Origin: Octopus vulgaris
Taxonomy: Eukaryota
Direction: 5' to 3'
NCBI GenBank assembly: GCA_951406725.2
Contig: OX597815.1
Coordinates: forward strand, 32,364,001 to 32,428,000
DNA length: 64,000 bases
A program made the position numbers and the translations under genes. How positions within the stretch are numbered: the stretch's first letter is position 1; every line of letters starts with the position of its first letter. This document shows positions 1 to 13,800 of this stretch, piece after piece. The notes under the pieces are model-generated. The model did no database searches, was not told where the DNA came from, and saw only the letters and a program-made list of their open reading frames with translations.

Positions 1-566
1 ATCTGGCAGTGTTTCTACAGCTGGATGCCCTTCCTAACACCAACCACTCCGTGAGTGTAGTGGGTGCTTTTTACGTGCCACCAGCACAGGTGGTGGTTGA
101 TAATCAGACTGAATTATTACAAGTCAAAAGTTAGAAGTGTACGTGAGGAAGAAGTTTCAGAAAGATTTAAATATCTAAAGTTTAAAGAATAAGACAGAAT
201 AAAATTAATAGATGGTAGTGAAGTGAGACATCAAACACATGGAATTAAAAGGAAAAGATTGATGCTTTATGAGTCTTGAAGGAATTTACTCTAATATTTA
301 TAGTATGTTATTCATATATTTATTACTTAACAGAGAAATATAGCTGAGAGTAGTTTAGTTGCTAGCTATAACATTATTCTCTTCAACACAGATGCAAAAA
401 CACACACACACACAGGCTGCCATAGATTTTGTTTCTACCAACTATATGGTTGTGAAGAAAACTACTTAAATATTCAAACTAATTACAGTTCAATATACAG
501 CACATAATTACTATATTATGACTGATTTGAAAATATTCCATTTTAAAGGATGAAATCTGAACTCAC

Positions 567-655
567 TTCAAAGCGGATCCAGAACCTGGAGCTTGTGTTG
601 ACAGCTTTCTTCTTGAGTGTATTAAGGCCTGCTGGTACTTAGCAACACAACAGCG
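567..655 (-). CDS. Candidate internal exon of an unidentified gene running off the window start
   Basis: TTTCAG acceptor and GTGAGT donor; only one frame open (RCCVAKYQQALIHSRRKLSTQAPGSGSAL, transit-peptide-like). A nearby ATG plus donor at 3603-3590 is phase-incompatible. Confidence 0.4.
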
Positions 656-3600
656 CTGAAATTTAAATAACACAAAAATAAAAGAGACTTCCTACTATAA
701 GATGAAAGATTTGGCTAAGTAATGAATACTACAAACGTTATATGAAATACAAACAGATGAAGAAACTGATAAAAAATTGAATTTCAAATGGACAATGAAA
801 GGTATAAACATTTTTGAAAAATTAGCATTTTTTTTCTGTGTTTCTAGCAGAAAAAAGCATGCTAATAAATAGATGCAGTTATTCCTACAAAGGCCAGAAG
901 TTAAACTGTATCAAATTCAAAAATTTACAAAAACAAGTGCTCATGGTTTTAAGTTATGAAACAGAAATACGAAACTTGTCCATGTAACAAAAACATATAA
1001 GATTCTCCAAACTTTCATGACATACCAATGCAGAAAAGGTTTGTAAGTCAAAAATTCTCAATATTCTAAAGATATATAGATGACGGCATGGTTTCAGGTT
1101 CAGTCCCACTATACAGCACCCTGGGCAATTATCTTCTATTATAGTCCTGGACTTAGTGAGTGAATTTGGTAGATGTCGCCTTACTGGCACCTGTGCTGGG
1201 GGCATGAGTAAAAGGATTCGAGCTAGGTCGTTGCCAGTACCGCTTGACTGCCCCATGTGCTGGTGGCATGTAAAAAGCACCCACTACACTCTCGGAGTGG
1301 TTGGCGTTAGGAAGGGCATCCAGTTGTAGAAACTATCCCAAATCAAGATTGGAGCCTGGTGCAGCCATCTGGTTCACCAGCCCTCAGTCAAAATCGTCCA
1401 ACCCATGCTACCATGGAAAGCGGACGTTAAATAGTGATGATGATGATGATGAAAAATATATAACTATATGATCTTCATACATGTATGTGTGTGTGTGTGC
1501 TTGCCACTCACCCACCAATGCTTGACAAGCGGCGTTGGTTTGTTTACATACCTCTAACTTAGCAGTTACGCAAAAAAGACAAAAGAATAGGTACCAGACT
1601 TAAAAAATAAGGACTGGGATCAATTTGTTCAACTAAACTCTTTGAGTTTATGACCCACAAGGCCACAGTCCTACGACTGAAACAAGTAAAAGATCTTATT
1701 CCGATGCAGTCTTTGCTGGACGAGCCCTGTACAACTGAAGACGCATTCCTATCACTGTTCTTGCAGATTTTAATAACCAAGCAACAGCAACAACACAATT
1801 AAGACATACTGAAATACAAAAATATCAATACTTAAAAACCTCTGTCTCTGAACAAAGCCACTTAGAATAAATGCTATGCTGCTGACTATGGCAAAAAAAT
1901 TATAACTTTGTGACTATAAGCAAAATTTTATGGCCTTCATTGGGCCATAAACTCACTTTATTTCACAGCATGCAAACTAATTTTACAAAATTGTTTTTTT
2001 TTTACTGGTGCCTTTTTTTTTCTTCCTCGGATTCTAATTTTTGTTATCAATACTGGTACATCTGAGACAAAACAGTCATGGATCAGGATTTCGTATTCAC
2101 TGCAGAAGACACTTCATTCAAAATGCCTTAGTTTAAATGGTTACAAATCTATATTTCAGCATCTAAGATCCTAATCAGAGAGATATATATCAATCAACCA
2201 TTTAATATTATGAAATCCAGAGTAACTACCAACTTTAGGGAACAACTATAGCTTACAGTAGAGATATGCTTTTGTTTATCTTGTCCTCAAGAGGTTTTAT
2301 AAAAGAAATTTCACCCATTTGTATTGGGGTGTATTCTATTTTAAATCATTTCCTTGTGCCAACAATCTCCTTTTCCGATGTGGGATAAGAATCTATAATT
2401 AAAATAACCCTCCAGCATTTAACCAGTCATATTGGGCCCCAATATTCTACCCATTTTATGTTCATGCTGGCCAGATCCAGCCTCTTATACCTACTCAAAA
2501 TGTCATTCTAAAAATAAACAATCACATCATAGAAATCATGAAACTAATGAGATAATGCATGATTAATCCAAAACTATGTGAATATTTAAGCATTACATTT
2601 GACAGAGTAATTGAAATGCTAAATGGTTAAACTACTGAAACAGGGCAACCTGGTCTTGACATGATATGGCTTAAACAATAATGCCAAAACTGATAAATCT
2701 TACACTTTTACTAGCCAGTCTATAAACAGAGATGGCATTTTACTGCTTGCACCATGTAAAAAGAACTCTGTCCACTCTGCTGGGTGGGTTGGTGTTACGA
2801 AGGGTATCCAGCTATAAAAACCGTGTCAAAACAGGCACAGAAGTCTGGTGCAGGCTCCTGCTTGCCCAGCCCCTGTAAAACTGTCCAACCCATGCCAGCA
2901 TGGAAGACGGACGTTAAACGATGACGACTGATACAGAGAGGTGAAAACGCCTTGTTATATCAAACAATATTTCAATTTTGTACTTCAGTATGTTAAACGG
3001 TATGTCCTAATTTGGGACATTATAAGGTTTGTGGAGAATAGACAAAGCCGTAAGAGCTTTAGACAAAATGCTTGGTGGTAGTTGTTTTGGCTATTTACGT
3101 TCTGAGTTCAAACTTTGCCAAGGTCAACTTAGCCTTTCATCTTTCCAGGGGAAATAAAGGGAAGTACCACTCAAATAACGGGTTCGAGTTAAACGACTAA
3201 CACCCTCCTCTCAATATACTTTTGGCTCTGTGCCTATGTTAGAAACTATTATCTTAGGCGTGGTTTCTAACAACTAGTAGTACATCATATCAGGAATGTC
3301 ATGAATTCATACTAGTAAAATACTAAGGTCAATTCAATCACCGGATTCTATAAATTCGTTTCCAGAAAACAACCAGGAAAACGCGATCGACCTACTAAAA
3401 ACACCAACCAAATCTACAGCCTTTAAAAGTACACGTGAGCCCCTTACCATAATCTCATTATTAGGCGGTCTTTGGTTTTCACTACATATACCAGCAGGAC
3501 TATTAACGAAACCAAAACATTTCGGGGTGGGAGGAAGGAATATATATCTTGGATACCACGAGTAAGAGTACAAATATGCAAATGCTTACCGAAGACAGCC

Positions 3601-4589
3601 CATTAATGTATTGGAAATAAATAAATAATCACAGTTGTCATAGACCAAACAAGGAAAGGGAATTTTGCCATGCAAGAGACAAGGGTTGATGTCCTTTAAA
3701 TAGATTTATTTTTAACGGGATCTATTTATTAAATATTTTTAATGGAATTTATTTATTAAATGGTTAATATATTTAACATCATGCTTTTAAATATTTAACA
3801 TCATGCTTTTACAAACGTATGGTTTTGGGGGGAGTCGGTGAATATAAAATTGTAACAGTTGAATTAAAAAACTTATATTTATATTTTATAATTTTGTTTT
3901 TATAAAAGTGTCTTGTTCTTAATGTGATTTTATAACATTTTTTTTTTTCGTTAATAAAACGGAGCAAAATCTATTACCCATAAGCTTCACCTTGCAACAA
4001 TTGGTCGGTGAACTTGTATTCTATTTTCAAAGTTAAAATGAAAATAGTTTTATATAGTCTTAACATTTATTTTATATGAGTTAAAGTTCTGTAAAATGTC
4101 AAAGATTTTCTTGAGTAGCAACTAAATAATTTGTCATCGAAGCAATCATTACAAATATAGCCGATTGACTAAAATAGTATACTCAGAAAGTAAAAGTCAA
4201 TTAATAATTTATTTAATCAACTGCTGCCAAAAAGGAAATTTTTTTTAAGAAGTGCTCAGGTCTGAATTAATCTAAATTTTTAATAATATTGCAAGCAAAG
4301 ATAGCTAAAGTACATAAAAATATATTACAATGAAGAAAGATCACAGAAAGGTGATAAGGAATGAGGGTATGAAGGTCGAATTACGTGAAGGGAAAAGTAA
4401 AGTAAATGAAGAGATAGCGTAGAATGACAAAGTATGTAGTATTGTAAATGTATTTGGGAATCAATAATAATTCCTTTAAAATGAAAGTTCAGTGGAAATT
4501 CCTACCCTTAATCTTGCTGAAACACCCCGACTTGATTTCCACATTGCGCTGCTAACAAGCCACCGACAGGAAGCGACATGGATAGAAAA

Positions 4590-4597
4590 CCGGAAGT
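4590..4597 (+). promoter_or_regulatory. ETS/GABP-like motif CCGGAAGT upstream of MRPL35
   Basis: CCGGAAGT about 45 nt before the ATG and a second GGAA core at about 4569; typical of housekeeping and mitochondrial gene promoters. Confidence 0.5.
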
Positions 4598-4641
4598 CGG
4601 GAGTTGTTCTCCTTGAACCTGCTCAGAAGCACGTTATTGCA

Positions 4642-4669
4642 ATGGCTTGTCTACGGCAGGGCATCAAAG
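4642..4669 (+). CDS. MRPL35: MRPL35 coding exon 1 (MACLRQGIK, phase 1)
   Basis: ATG at 4642 followed by donor G|GTGAGT at 4670; phase joins in frame to the exon at 7805. Confidence 0.8.
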
Positions 4670-5347
4670 GTGAGTCTTTTTATTGGAAATTCTTTTGTTG
4701 GGCATTTCTTATTTCTGTTTTAAATTGTTGTCACTCAAACAGACTGACACGATAGAGTACGAACAATGCTTTTTATACTGTCGACACTCTAAATATGTAT
4801 TGCAATCAACCAGTTCGTTAATGCAATTATGCTAGATGTCATTATATAAAGATCAAAGTTAACAGTGTAGTAAATAGTTGCTATTACACACATATACAAA
4901 GCAGTTTCATTGGCTATGTCTGTTCTTTTAGGTTTACACAACAGTAGTAATTCCTCAAGTTCAATAAGAATGTGAAATAAAATCACGAAGCATAAACTAT
5001 AGATCACAGTTTTGTTGTGACTCAAAGGTAGAATGTTTCTAAAATTTATATAGCACAAAACAAGCTATTTAAACGTCCTTGTTTTACCCCCGTGATCCTT
5101 ATATCCCAAGCTGGCTGTGCTCTGTGGTAATCTAGCCTGATGTACCTGTCTTTTATATGTTGGGTCATCTCATAAATAATACGTCTTTTTTCAATTGCTT
5201 GAACTAAAAGTCGGAGGGGAACGGGATAAACTACCTGCATCAACTTGCTATAAAAACAGGTAATAATTTTACCTTGGACTTATTTTTAGGGTAAGTTTAG
5301 AAGAGTGCAGTTCGATTTTATCAGTTATTTTTTTTTTTAATGCTATA

Positions 5348-6110
5348 ATGGAAGTGACAAAGGAGCATATTTTGCTTTATGAGTTCAATAAAGGCAACGG
5401 AAAGTACGAGGAACATTAATGCAGTATATGGGGATCGGACAATAAGCGTAAGCCAATGTCAAGTGCGGTTCCAGAAATTCCGAGTCGGAAACTACAGCCT
5501 AGACGACGAGCCTCGTCCCAGATGATCTGTAGAGCTCTATGAGCATGTCCTGCAAACCCTACTGGAACAAAATCCCATCGTAACTGTTGAGGAAGTAGCA
5601 GAGAAGTTTGGATTTTGTCATTCAATCATTCATCGACACCTGTGTGCCATTGGAAAAGTCAGCAAATTGAGTCATTGGGTTCCTCAGAAACTTTTCATGT
5701 CTAATCTCACGCAGTGAGTGAATCTGTGCTCTTCTCACGAATGAACCTTTTTTGGACTGAATAGTGATAGGTGATGAGAAATGAGTTCTCTATAAAAATG
5801 TCAAGTGCCAAAGGCAGTGGGTAGGGAAAGGAGAAACACTGGCACCCCAGGCTAAAGAAGGTCTTCACCTACATAAGGTGTCGTTACCTGTTTGGTGGGT
5901 CATGAAAGGCTTGGTCCACTTTCAACTTTTAAACCCAAACCAAATGATAATAATGGAAATCTACTGCGAGCAGCTTAAGTCAGTGCTTGAAGAAAAACAA
6001 CCATCTTTGGTTTCAAGATGAAAGGTACTCTTCCATCAGGATAATGTTTGGCTACATACAGCGAGGATGACATTCCAAAGGCTGAAGCAGTTTGAATGGG
6101 AAATGATACC
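5348..6110 (+). mobile_element. Decayed mariner transposase (3' truncated) in MRPL35 intron 1
   Basis: MEVTKEHI-LLYEFNKG, FQKFRVGNYSLDDEPR, WVP, IVIGDEK, VWW, FHQDN motifs with stops and frameshifts. Confidence 0.88.
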
Positions 6111-7804
6111 TTTGGCATTGTTGTGCTAGAGAAGAAGACCCAAAATCTCAGTCATGGCAGATTCCGGTGGCATGTAAACACACCCCTGTGTTAGGCAAAT
6201 GGCATCCATGCTGGTGGCACATAAAAGCAACCATTACACTCTTGGAGTGGTTGGCGTTAGGAAGGGCATCCAGCCATAGAAAACCATGCCAAATCAGACT
6301 GGTATCTGGTGCAGCCTTCCAGCATGCCAGCTCTATGTTAGACTGTCCAACCCATGCCAGCATGGACAATGGACGTTAAATGATGATTATGATATATACA
6401 TTCCTTGTTTTGCAGACATAGTGTACCTTCTGCATCACTTTTTAAAATGGTTAAATATTGTTGGGGGAGATTTGGATGCTATTTCTAGTAGATTGGGAGA
6501 CCTTGTTGACCAAGAATACACTTGCCCCAGGGTGTCACTGAAGAGGTAAATATATGACTTGTCCACCTGAAAAGTGATGGGGGAGAAAGAGATATGGGGT
6601 CCTGATACAATGTTAATATGAGACAGAATAGGAAGTGCACTAAATGAAAACCCAAAAGCACATGGTTGCAAAGCAAACTTCTTAACCACACAGCCATGAT
6701 GCACATGATAGTAAAATGCAGGACTTAATACTTTCTTGGATCTCAACTGGTGTCTCACAATTCTCAGTTCAAAACCGTCTTTGTTTGGTTTTTGCCTGTT
6801 AGTAATAACTAGCAGCTGACATTTGTGTGAATCTCAACATTTAACAGCATTATAAGAACTAACAAATAAAACTTTGGATAAAAGTTGGTATAGATGTAAA
6901 TAGGTTTTGATATCTGCAAAAGTTTTGGCCACTGTAAGCACTACAGAATCAGCAATGCAAAATTAGTATAGAAGGATACCTAGTTAAGTGACAGAATGTT
7001 ATGGGTAAATCAACAGTTACCCTTGTACTATGCAGAGTAACATGTGTTATCACTCATGATATTTGTCTTATAAATAAATGTCTTTCCTGAAGTAACCATC
7101 TCCTCTGAGTAAGACTTTCTTGCAGATAACACCCAAATATCAGTATCAAATTTTAGCCCAAGGCCAGCAGCTTCAGGGAGGGAGTAAGTTGATTACATCA
7201 ACTCCAGTGCTCAACTGGTACTTATTTTATTAACCCCAAAAGAATGAAAGGCAAACTCGACCTTGGTGGAATTTGAACTCAGAACATAAGGATAGAATGC
7301 TGCTAAGCATTTTGCCCAATGAGATAAAGATGATACCCAAATATCAGCACTAATAATCTAAACATATATATATAGACAACAATTGGAATCCTGAAATTGG
7401 ATCATTGTTCATTATCATCGTTTAACGTTCACTTTCCATGCTAGCATGGGTTGGACGATTTTGACTGAGGGCTGGTAAACCAGATGGCTGCACCAGGCTC
7501 CAATCTCGATCTGGCAGAGTTTCTACAGATGGATGCCCTTCCTAACGCCAACTACTCCGAGAGTGTAGTGGGTGCTTTTTACGTGCCACTAGCATGGGGG
7601 GGGGGGGCAGTCAGGCGGTACTGGCAATGACCTCGCTCGAATATTTTTACACAAAAAATGAGGTGACATGCAAAAGACTTTATCACTATGAACAAAATAT
7701 TTGTAATTGCCGGATTGTCATGACTTACAAGTTATCTACTAAACAATATGCTATTTGCATTAAATATATTTTATTTTTAATCATTACTTTTTTTTTATTT
7801 TTAG

Positions 7805-8006
7805 TTTTATCTGCTGCTACTCAATATGTGGCAAAATCTGTGTATTCACCTACATCTTTACCAAGCATAATTTCTTCTGTGTCATCAAAACCACTACTTT
7901 TGCATCGATTCAACAACCAAAAATCACTTGTGCCTCTCAGATCATTTGTCTCTGTCTGCCAACCAACACAAATCCATAGATATACAGGCTGTAATGGATT
8001 AAATCA
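7805..8006 (+). CDS. MRPL35: MRPL35 coding exon 2 (transit-peptide-like region)
   Basis: Poly-T tract with TTAG acceptor at 7801-7804; open frame VLSAATQYVAKSVYSPTSLP...GLNQ, Ser/basic-rich with no acidic residues; donor GTAAGT at 8007, phase 2. Confidence 0.8.
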
Positions 8007-8852
8007 GTAAGTACATCTCTGAATGTTTATATTGAATCTGTAGTTTTTGGGGGAGATTATTTTGTAAAGCAGGGCCAAAGTTTGTTTGTTGTCCCATTTC
8101 GATTCATAAATAAAAAATAAGAGGTTGCTTTGACACAGCTGAATGGTTCAACAGATAAATGGTTTAAGGAATAAGAATGATTTCCAATTATTTTCATGGT
8201 TTACATACTTTTTGGTGTACTAAATCGACTTCAGTTGTTTTTATTGCTTATATATATGGTTATGGTGTTATCTTTTACTTGTTTCACTCATCAGATTGCA
8301 GCCATGCTGGGGTACCTCCTTGAAGGGTTCAGTCAAATTGGCTCCAGTACCTATTTTTAAATTTGGTCCTTATTTTAAAAGTTTCTTTTCTCAGACCACT
8401 TAGTTATGTTGATGTAAACAAACCAACACTGGTTTTTAAGTGGTGGTAAGAGACAAGCGCAAAGACACAAAAAATTTCATATATGTACAACAGACTTCCA
8501 TATAGTTTCCATTTCTCTTCACTTACAAGGCATTGGTCAGAATGGGGCTTTAGTTGAAAACATCCAAGATACTGTCCATTATGTGGTTGCAAAGGATGCT
8601 TTTAAACTACACAGCCATGCAGATAGGAAACATTTGCACATGGCAAACATTTCTCATTTGCGAGTCTTTGTTTTCTAACACATAGAAAACATATTGTCTT
8701 AGAAACTGTGTTCTTTGTTTCCAACATCCCATGGAACCATAGCCTGACCATGGGGAAATATCACCTTACTCGTAAACTGGTGAACTTTTGCAACAGGGAG
8801 GGCATCTGGGCATAGAAGACCTGCCTCAACAAACAACATGTATATATGTATA

Positions 8853-8912
<60 letters not shown>

Positions 8913-9454
8913 TGCACGTTTTGTTTGTGTGTGTATCATCATCACTTAACATTCCTTTTTCCATGCTGACATGGGTTGGATAGTTCAACAAGAACAGATG
9001 AGCCAGGGGTCTCTGCCAGGCTCTATGTCTGCTTTGACGTGGTTTCTACAGCCGGATGCTCTTCCGAACACCAACCACCCTGCAGGGTGGACAAGGTATA
9101 GACTGGGGAAAGAAATTATGATAGAGGGAGAGGAGCAGGTGACTTGCTGAAGAGGTAAATATGTGACTTGTCCACCTGGAAAGTTAGGGGGAGAAAGAGA
9201 GAAGAAAGAGATATGGGATCCAGGTACAATATTGAATATGAGACAGAATAGGAAGTGCACTGAATGAAAATAGTGTGACAGATGATTAGAGATAAGGAAT
9301 GAGTTGAACTCAGAAGATATCAGTTCACTAGCAGAAAGTGAAGAAAATAGATGAATTGTGGAGGAAGGCTTGAAAGAGCCCCAATTTTGCTGAGATGGAT
9401 GGATCTTCTCTGTAACGCCATTCATCTCTGTCCTCTCCTCTTAGAGGTTCAACA

Positions 9455-9880
9455 TTGTGAGGTCAGTCTTCACCAGTTCATTCCACATTTTCCTGGGTCT
9501 ACCTCTTCCACATGTTCCTTCCATGTTTAGCGATCAGCACTTCTTTATACAGCTGCCCTTATCTATCCACTTTACCAGCTCAATCTTCTCTCCTGCACAC
9601 CATATCCAGTGTCTCTTATACCTAATTTTTCTCCAAATACATTTGTACTTAGTCTTATATGCACACTGACATTGCACATCCATCAGAGCATACATGTCTC
9701 ATTTCTTTCAAGTCTTTGCATAATCTCTGCATTCATAGCCTAATTTTAACAGTCATGTTAATTCACAAGCATCATACAATCTGCTTTTCCTTCTGAGATA
9801 GAAGCCTTTTGTTACCAACAGAGGTAAAAATTCTCTAAACTTTCTCCAGCTAATTTGTATTCTAGCAACTAGATTTTCAA
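9455..9880 (-). mobile_element. Decayed RTE ORF fragment, inverted relative to 10070-11120
   Basis: Reverse-complement similarity to the RTE C-terminal coding region (ttcctgggtctacctcttccacat). Confidence 0.75.
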
Positions 9881-10069
9881 CACACATATACACCAGGATT
9901 TTTTTTTCCATTTCTGCATTCCAAATTATTCACTCATAAGGATTTGGACACTCTACTAGAAGACACTTGCACAAGGTGTCACACAGTGGGACTGAACCTG
10001 AAATCATGTGGTTATGAAGCAAACTTCTTAAACACACAGCCATGACCTTGCCTAGGTGATGAATAATTC

Positions 10070-11120
10070 TGACTGGATTACATTGAACCAGACAAATCAC
10101 AGATCCTTTCAGGGAGATGGCCCTGCTCGATATATTGAAAAGGTGTTGGGAGACACTCCATACGGTGTACTTGGTGCAAGCTGTGGATACATACGAGGTG
10201 CAGCAGAATTACTGGAAGACTAAGAGATGTACAAGTGCATTAAATACCAGGAATGAATAAAAAATAGACTCATTCAAATATCAAGTGGGGATCCATAGAA
10301 GCAGTAGACAGTTTCCATTACTTAGGTGACCAAGTTAGTAGTGGGGGATGTTGTTTGAAAGCTTAGCTGCTAGAATAAGAATAGGCTGGGCAAAGTTCAG
10401 AGAGCTACGATATCTGCTAATAACGAAGGGCCTCTCCCTCAGAGTGAAACACAGGTCTACAAACAGTTATGCTACATGGCAGTGAGACATAGGTTATGAC
10501 TATTGGGGATATGAGAAGGCTTGAAAGAAATGAAGCCAGTATGCTCCACTGGTTGGGTAATATCAGTGTGCATATACGACATAATGTAAGTGATTTAGTG
10601 TAATGTGCAAGAGAGAAGACTGTACTGGTATGGCCGTGTAATGCATATGAATGAAGACAGTTGTATCAAAAGGTACCAGTCTCTGACTGTAGAGGGAACA
10701 TGTGGAAGGAGTAGACCCAGGCAGGTGTGGAATGAAGTGGTGAGAAAGGATCTACTGACTTTGGGATTCACAGGGAATGATAGGGGACCAAGATTCCTGG
10801 TGGTTTGCTGTGCTTGAGAAAACACAAAGCTAAATAAAAGTGTGGTTGCCCTTGCATACAAGCTTGAGCCTTGCGTCCCTCTCCAGCTGAGTGATCCTAA
10901 TCTTGCGACTCATGGGTGCTGGTTCCACGTAAATATACCTCTGCTGGTACTGCATAAAAGCACCCAGTACACTGTGTAAAGTAGTTGGTGTTATGAAGAG
11001 CAGCTAGCTGTAGAAACCATGCCAAAACAGACATAGAACCTGAGCAGCTCTTCACCTGGCTGGCTCCTGTCGAACTATCGAATCCATGCCAGAATGGAAA
11101 ACAAACATTAAATGATGATT
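10070..11120 (+). mobile_element. Decayed RTE LINE 3' part in MRPL35 intron 2
   Basis: QERRLYWYGRV, GRSRPRQVW, decayed PHD at about 10115, RTE-type tail ending taaatgatga. Confidence 0.85.
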
Positions 11121-11413
11121 TCTAAGAATGAATAGTATTTTCATAAGAATGGTGGTTTTGTAACTAATTCAGTGACACACTCTCTCAGTTCAAATTGCTC
11201 CAAGGTTACTTTCACTTTTCAGCTTATGGAGTTCGCAAATACTTATAGTAAATATATTTAAATTGATACTATTCTTGCCTATAACAAGAAAACAAACTTT
11301 GTTGTATTTTCATAAGAAACTATTATTTCCTTCAGGAAAACAATTTTTAAAAATTTAAGTAAGAAACCTATATTTTTAAATATCCATTCATCATCTTTTT
11401 TATCTTCTTCCAG

Positions 11414-11777
11414 AAAACTACTGAGTGCTCCGCAGACACCTAATGTCACAAACATTCGAAATAAAATAGTTTGTAGCTATAAGAAAGGAAGACCAAAATC
11501 TAGTTCAGCTGTAGTAAGTCGATTTTATCGCTTGAGATCTGGACTTTGGATTAGAGCAAGATCTGGTCGAAGTAATAAACGTTGGGCTAAAAATAGTAGA
11601 CGTGTTTTCAGGCTCCAAGAAACAGTTTTTTGCAACAAGACTCAATCTAAGAAATTAGAGAGAATGGTTTCTCGTCACTGGCTGAAGAAAAGATATTTTC
11701 CAGATGATCCTTATGAAATATATCAAGATAGAAGCACTACAAAATTTGATGTCAAAAAGCCCTTGTTTTTCCCATAG
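11414..11777 (+). CDS. MRPL35: MRPL35 coding exon 3 (mitochondrial ribosomal protein bL35m domain)
   Basis: Acceptor tcttcttccag at 11413; KGRPKSSSAVVSRFYRLRSGLWIRARSG...VFCNKTQSKKLERM...DDPY matches recalled human MRPL35 motifs (RFLRLHCGLWVR, VFCNKTQSKLLDKM, DDPY). The three exons total 594 nt, 197 aa plus stop. Confidence 0.93.
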
Positions 11778-12147
11778 ATAATATATTTTAATGGATCAAA
11801 TTTATTATATGTTTTGCTCTTTAACTCAAAAGATACAGTGATCCAGCTTTTTTACCCTTTGGAAACAAAAACTTACATTAACTATATCACTTATGTGTAT
11901 ATGTATATATGTTTTCATCTGAAGCTGAACTATGGCTAAGTTTCCCTACATTTATTTGAGCAAGGACTTGAAATTAATGAAAGAGTGAAATATCTGCTTT
12001 AAATGAATATACTCTACTTGTATTGAGTATTTTTATTACATTTAAAGACATACTCTATGCATATAAAACTGATGCACTTCACTACTTTCATCCCGTCTCC
12101 GAGAGTAACACCAACAGATTCAGGTAGTTGAAGTAAACTAACCTTTT

Positions 12148-12153
12148 AATAAA
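12148..12153 (+). terminator. Candidate polyadenylation signal of MRPL35
   Basis: AATAAA about 370 nt after the stop, followed by a GT/T-rich tract (gtgtttgttttc). Confidence 0.55.
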
Positions 12154-13800
12154 TTATTTTGAGAAATTTCCATTAGTGTTTGTTTTCTTTAACTAGTCTT
12201 TTCTAATAGTTATGGGACATACTTTTGTAAAAATATATATCATCAATATCGTTTTTAATGTTAACTTTTCCACACTTGCAGGACTTCAACATTTTTTTTT
12301 GCCAGACCCATTATGACAGCATATGTTCAGCTTATGGATTAAGCACATTAGATGTCTTCTGCACTACAGTAAAGGAAGCTGTTTATTAATTAGTTTGGAT
12401 TGTGTAACTTTTACTAGAAGAAAGCAAGTAAAGTCTACACTGGCTACAAAATTTATCTAGATTCCAATTTTTTTTTTTTTTATCAAAATGTACTTTTTAG
12501 TTACCTTTTGTTATTGAACCACATAGCTACACTTGCATCTAATCATTAACAAACTTTTCCTTACTGTGTAATTATTTCTATTATGTTAACACTAACTATA
12601 CAAATAAACTTTATTTAGTCAATCTGACCTTTTGAATTCCACCCATTTTAAACTGGTTACATGATAACAGGTTTGTTTTTTTTAACTGCTGTATAACCAT
12701 CCTACACATGCGGTGTTGGGTTATAAATTTAGACTTAATTAATTACACATCATTTTGATTGAATGCACAGAATTTATAGGGTAGGGATAATATACAAGAA
12801 AATATGTTACCAAATGAGCAGAATTCTTAGACCCTTTTAGTTAAACTCTCTAGTATTGGTACCATGAGAAAATGCACCCAGTAGACTTTGTAAAGTGGTT
12901 GGTGATAAGAGGGGCATCAAGCCAAATAAGACAAGCATCAGTTTATAGAAACAGTGACTCCCAATAAAGAGCCAAACTATGACAAACTGACCAACCCATG
13001 CCAACATGAAAAAACTGGTAAAATGCTGATGAGCTCATGATTAACACAAAAAAGTGTAATATTACTGATTTTTGTGTTAGTTTTTTTAAAGTTTATGTAC
13101 AGTTATCTTTTAATATTTATTTGGAGGAACTGATTTAAGATGCACAAGAATAATCAGAACCAAAATATAACAAACAAAAAAGAGGGAACAGGCTGAAAAT
13201 GTTTTATTCACCATTATTGAATAGGAATGCTTTATAGTATGATACTGCTCCAATTGCAATGTTACAATAACAAAATAGTTGAATTGAAAATAATTTACAA
13301 TATTTTTCTCATAAAACAAATTATGAAGAAGTTTGTTCTGCAGGCTTCTTCTACTTTGGTTCATCTTCACTTAAATATCATCCTTTTCTTTCACACTATC
13401 ATTGATTCGAGTTAAGACCATTTTCTTTCTTAGCTCACATTTATTGTCATTCACGCATACTGACATTACATATTCAATGCTCAACTTATTTCTCTCCAGC
13501 TTTCAATATCCTTTTCATTCCCATCTCTCACAATAATATAACAACATTGCTCTTTATAAGCGTAAAAAAATGTTTTCTTTTAGAAAGCAAACAGGAGTTT
13601 TTATCTTAATTTTGGATAAACAAAAAAATAAAACAATGATAATCTACAACTCTGGGTATTTGAAATTTTAACATCCAATTATCCATGCTTGCATGGGTTG
13701 AAAAATTCTTTGAGATAGATGATTTTGCAATGATCAGCCCTCACTTGTTTCTTAGCAATGTAATGTTTCCCCATGACCAAACATGTATTTATGGGGAAGT

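Noticed and set aside
3768-3811. 22-bp tandem duplication; also a triple ttatataagcta repeat at about 48860-48903
   Set aside because: Ordinary slippage duplications with no sign of function.
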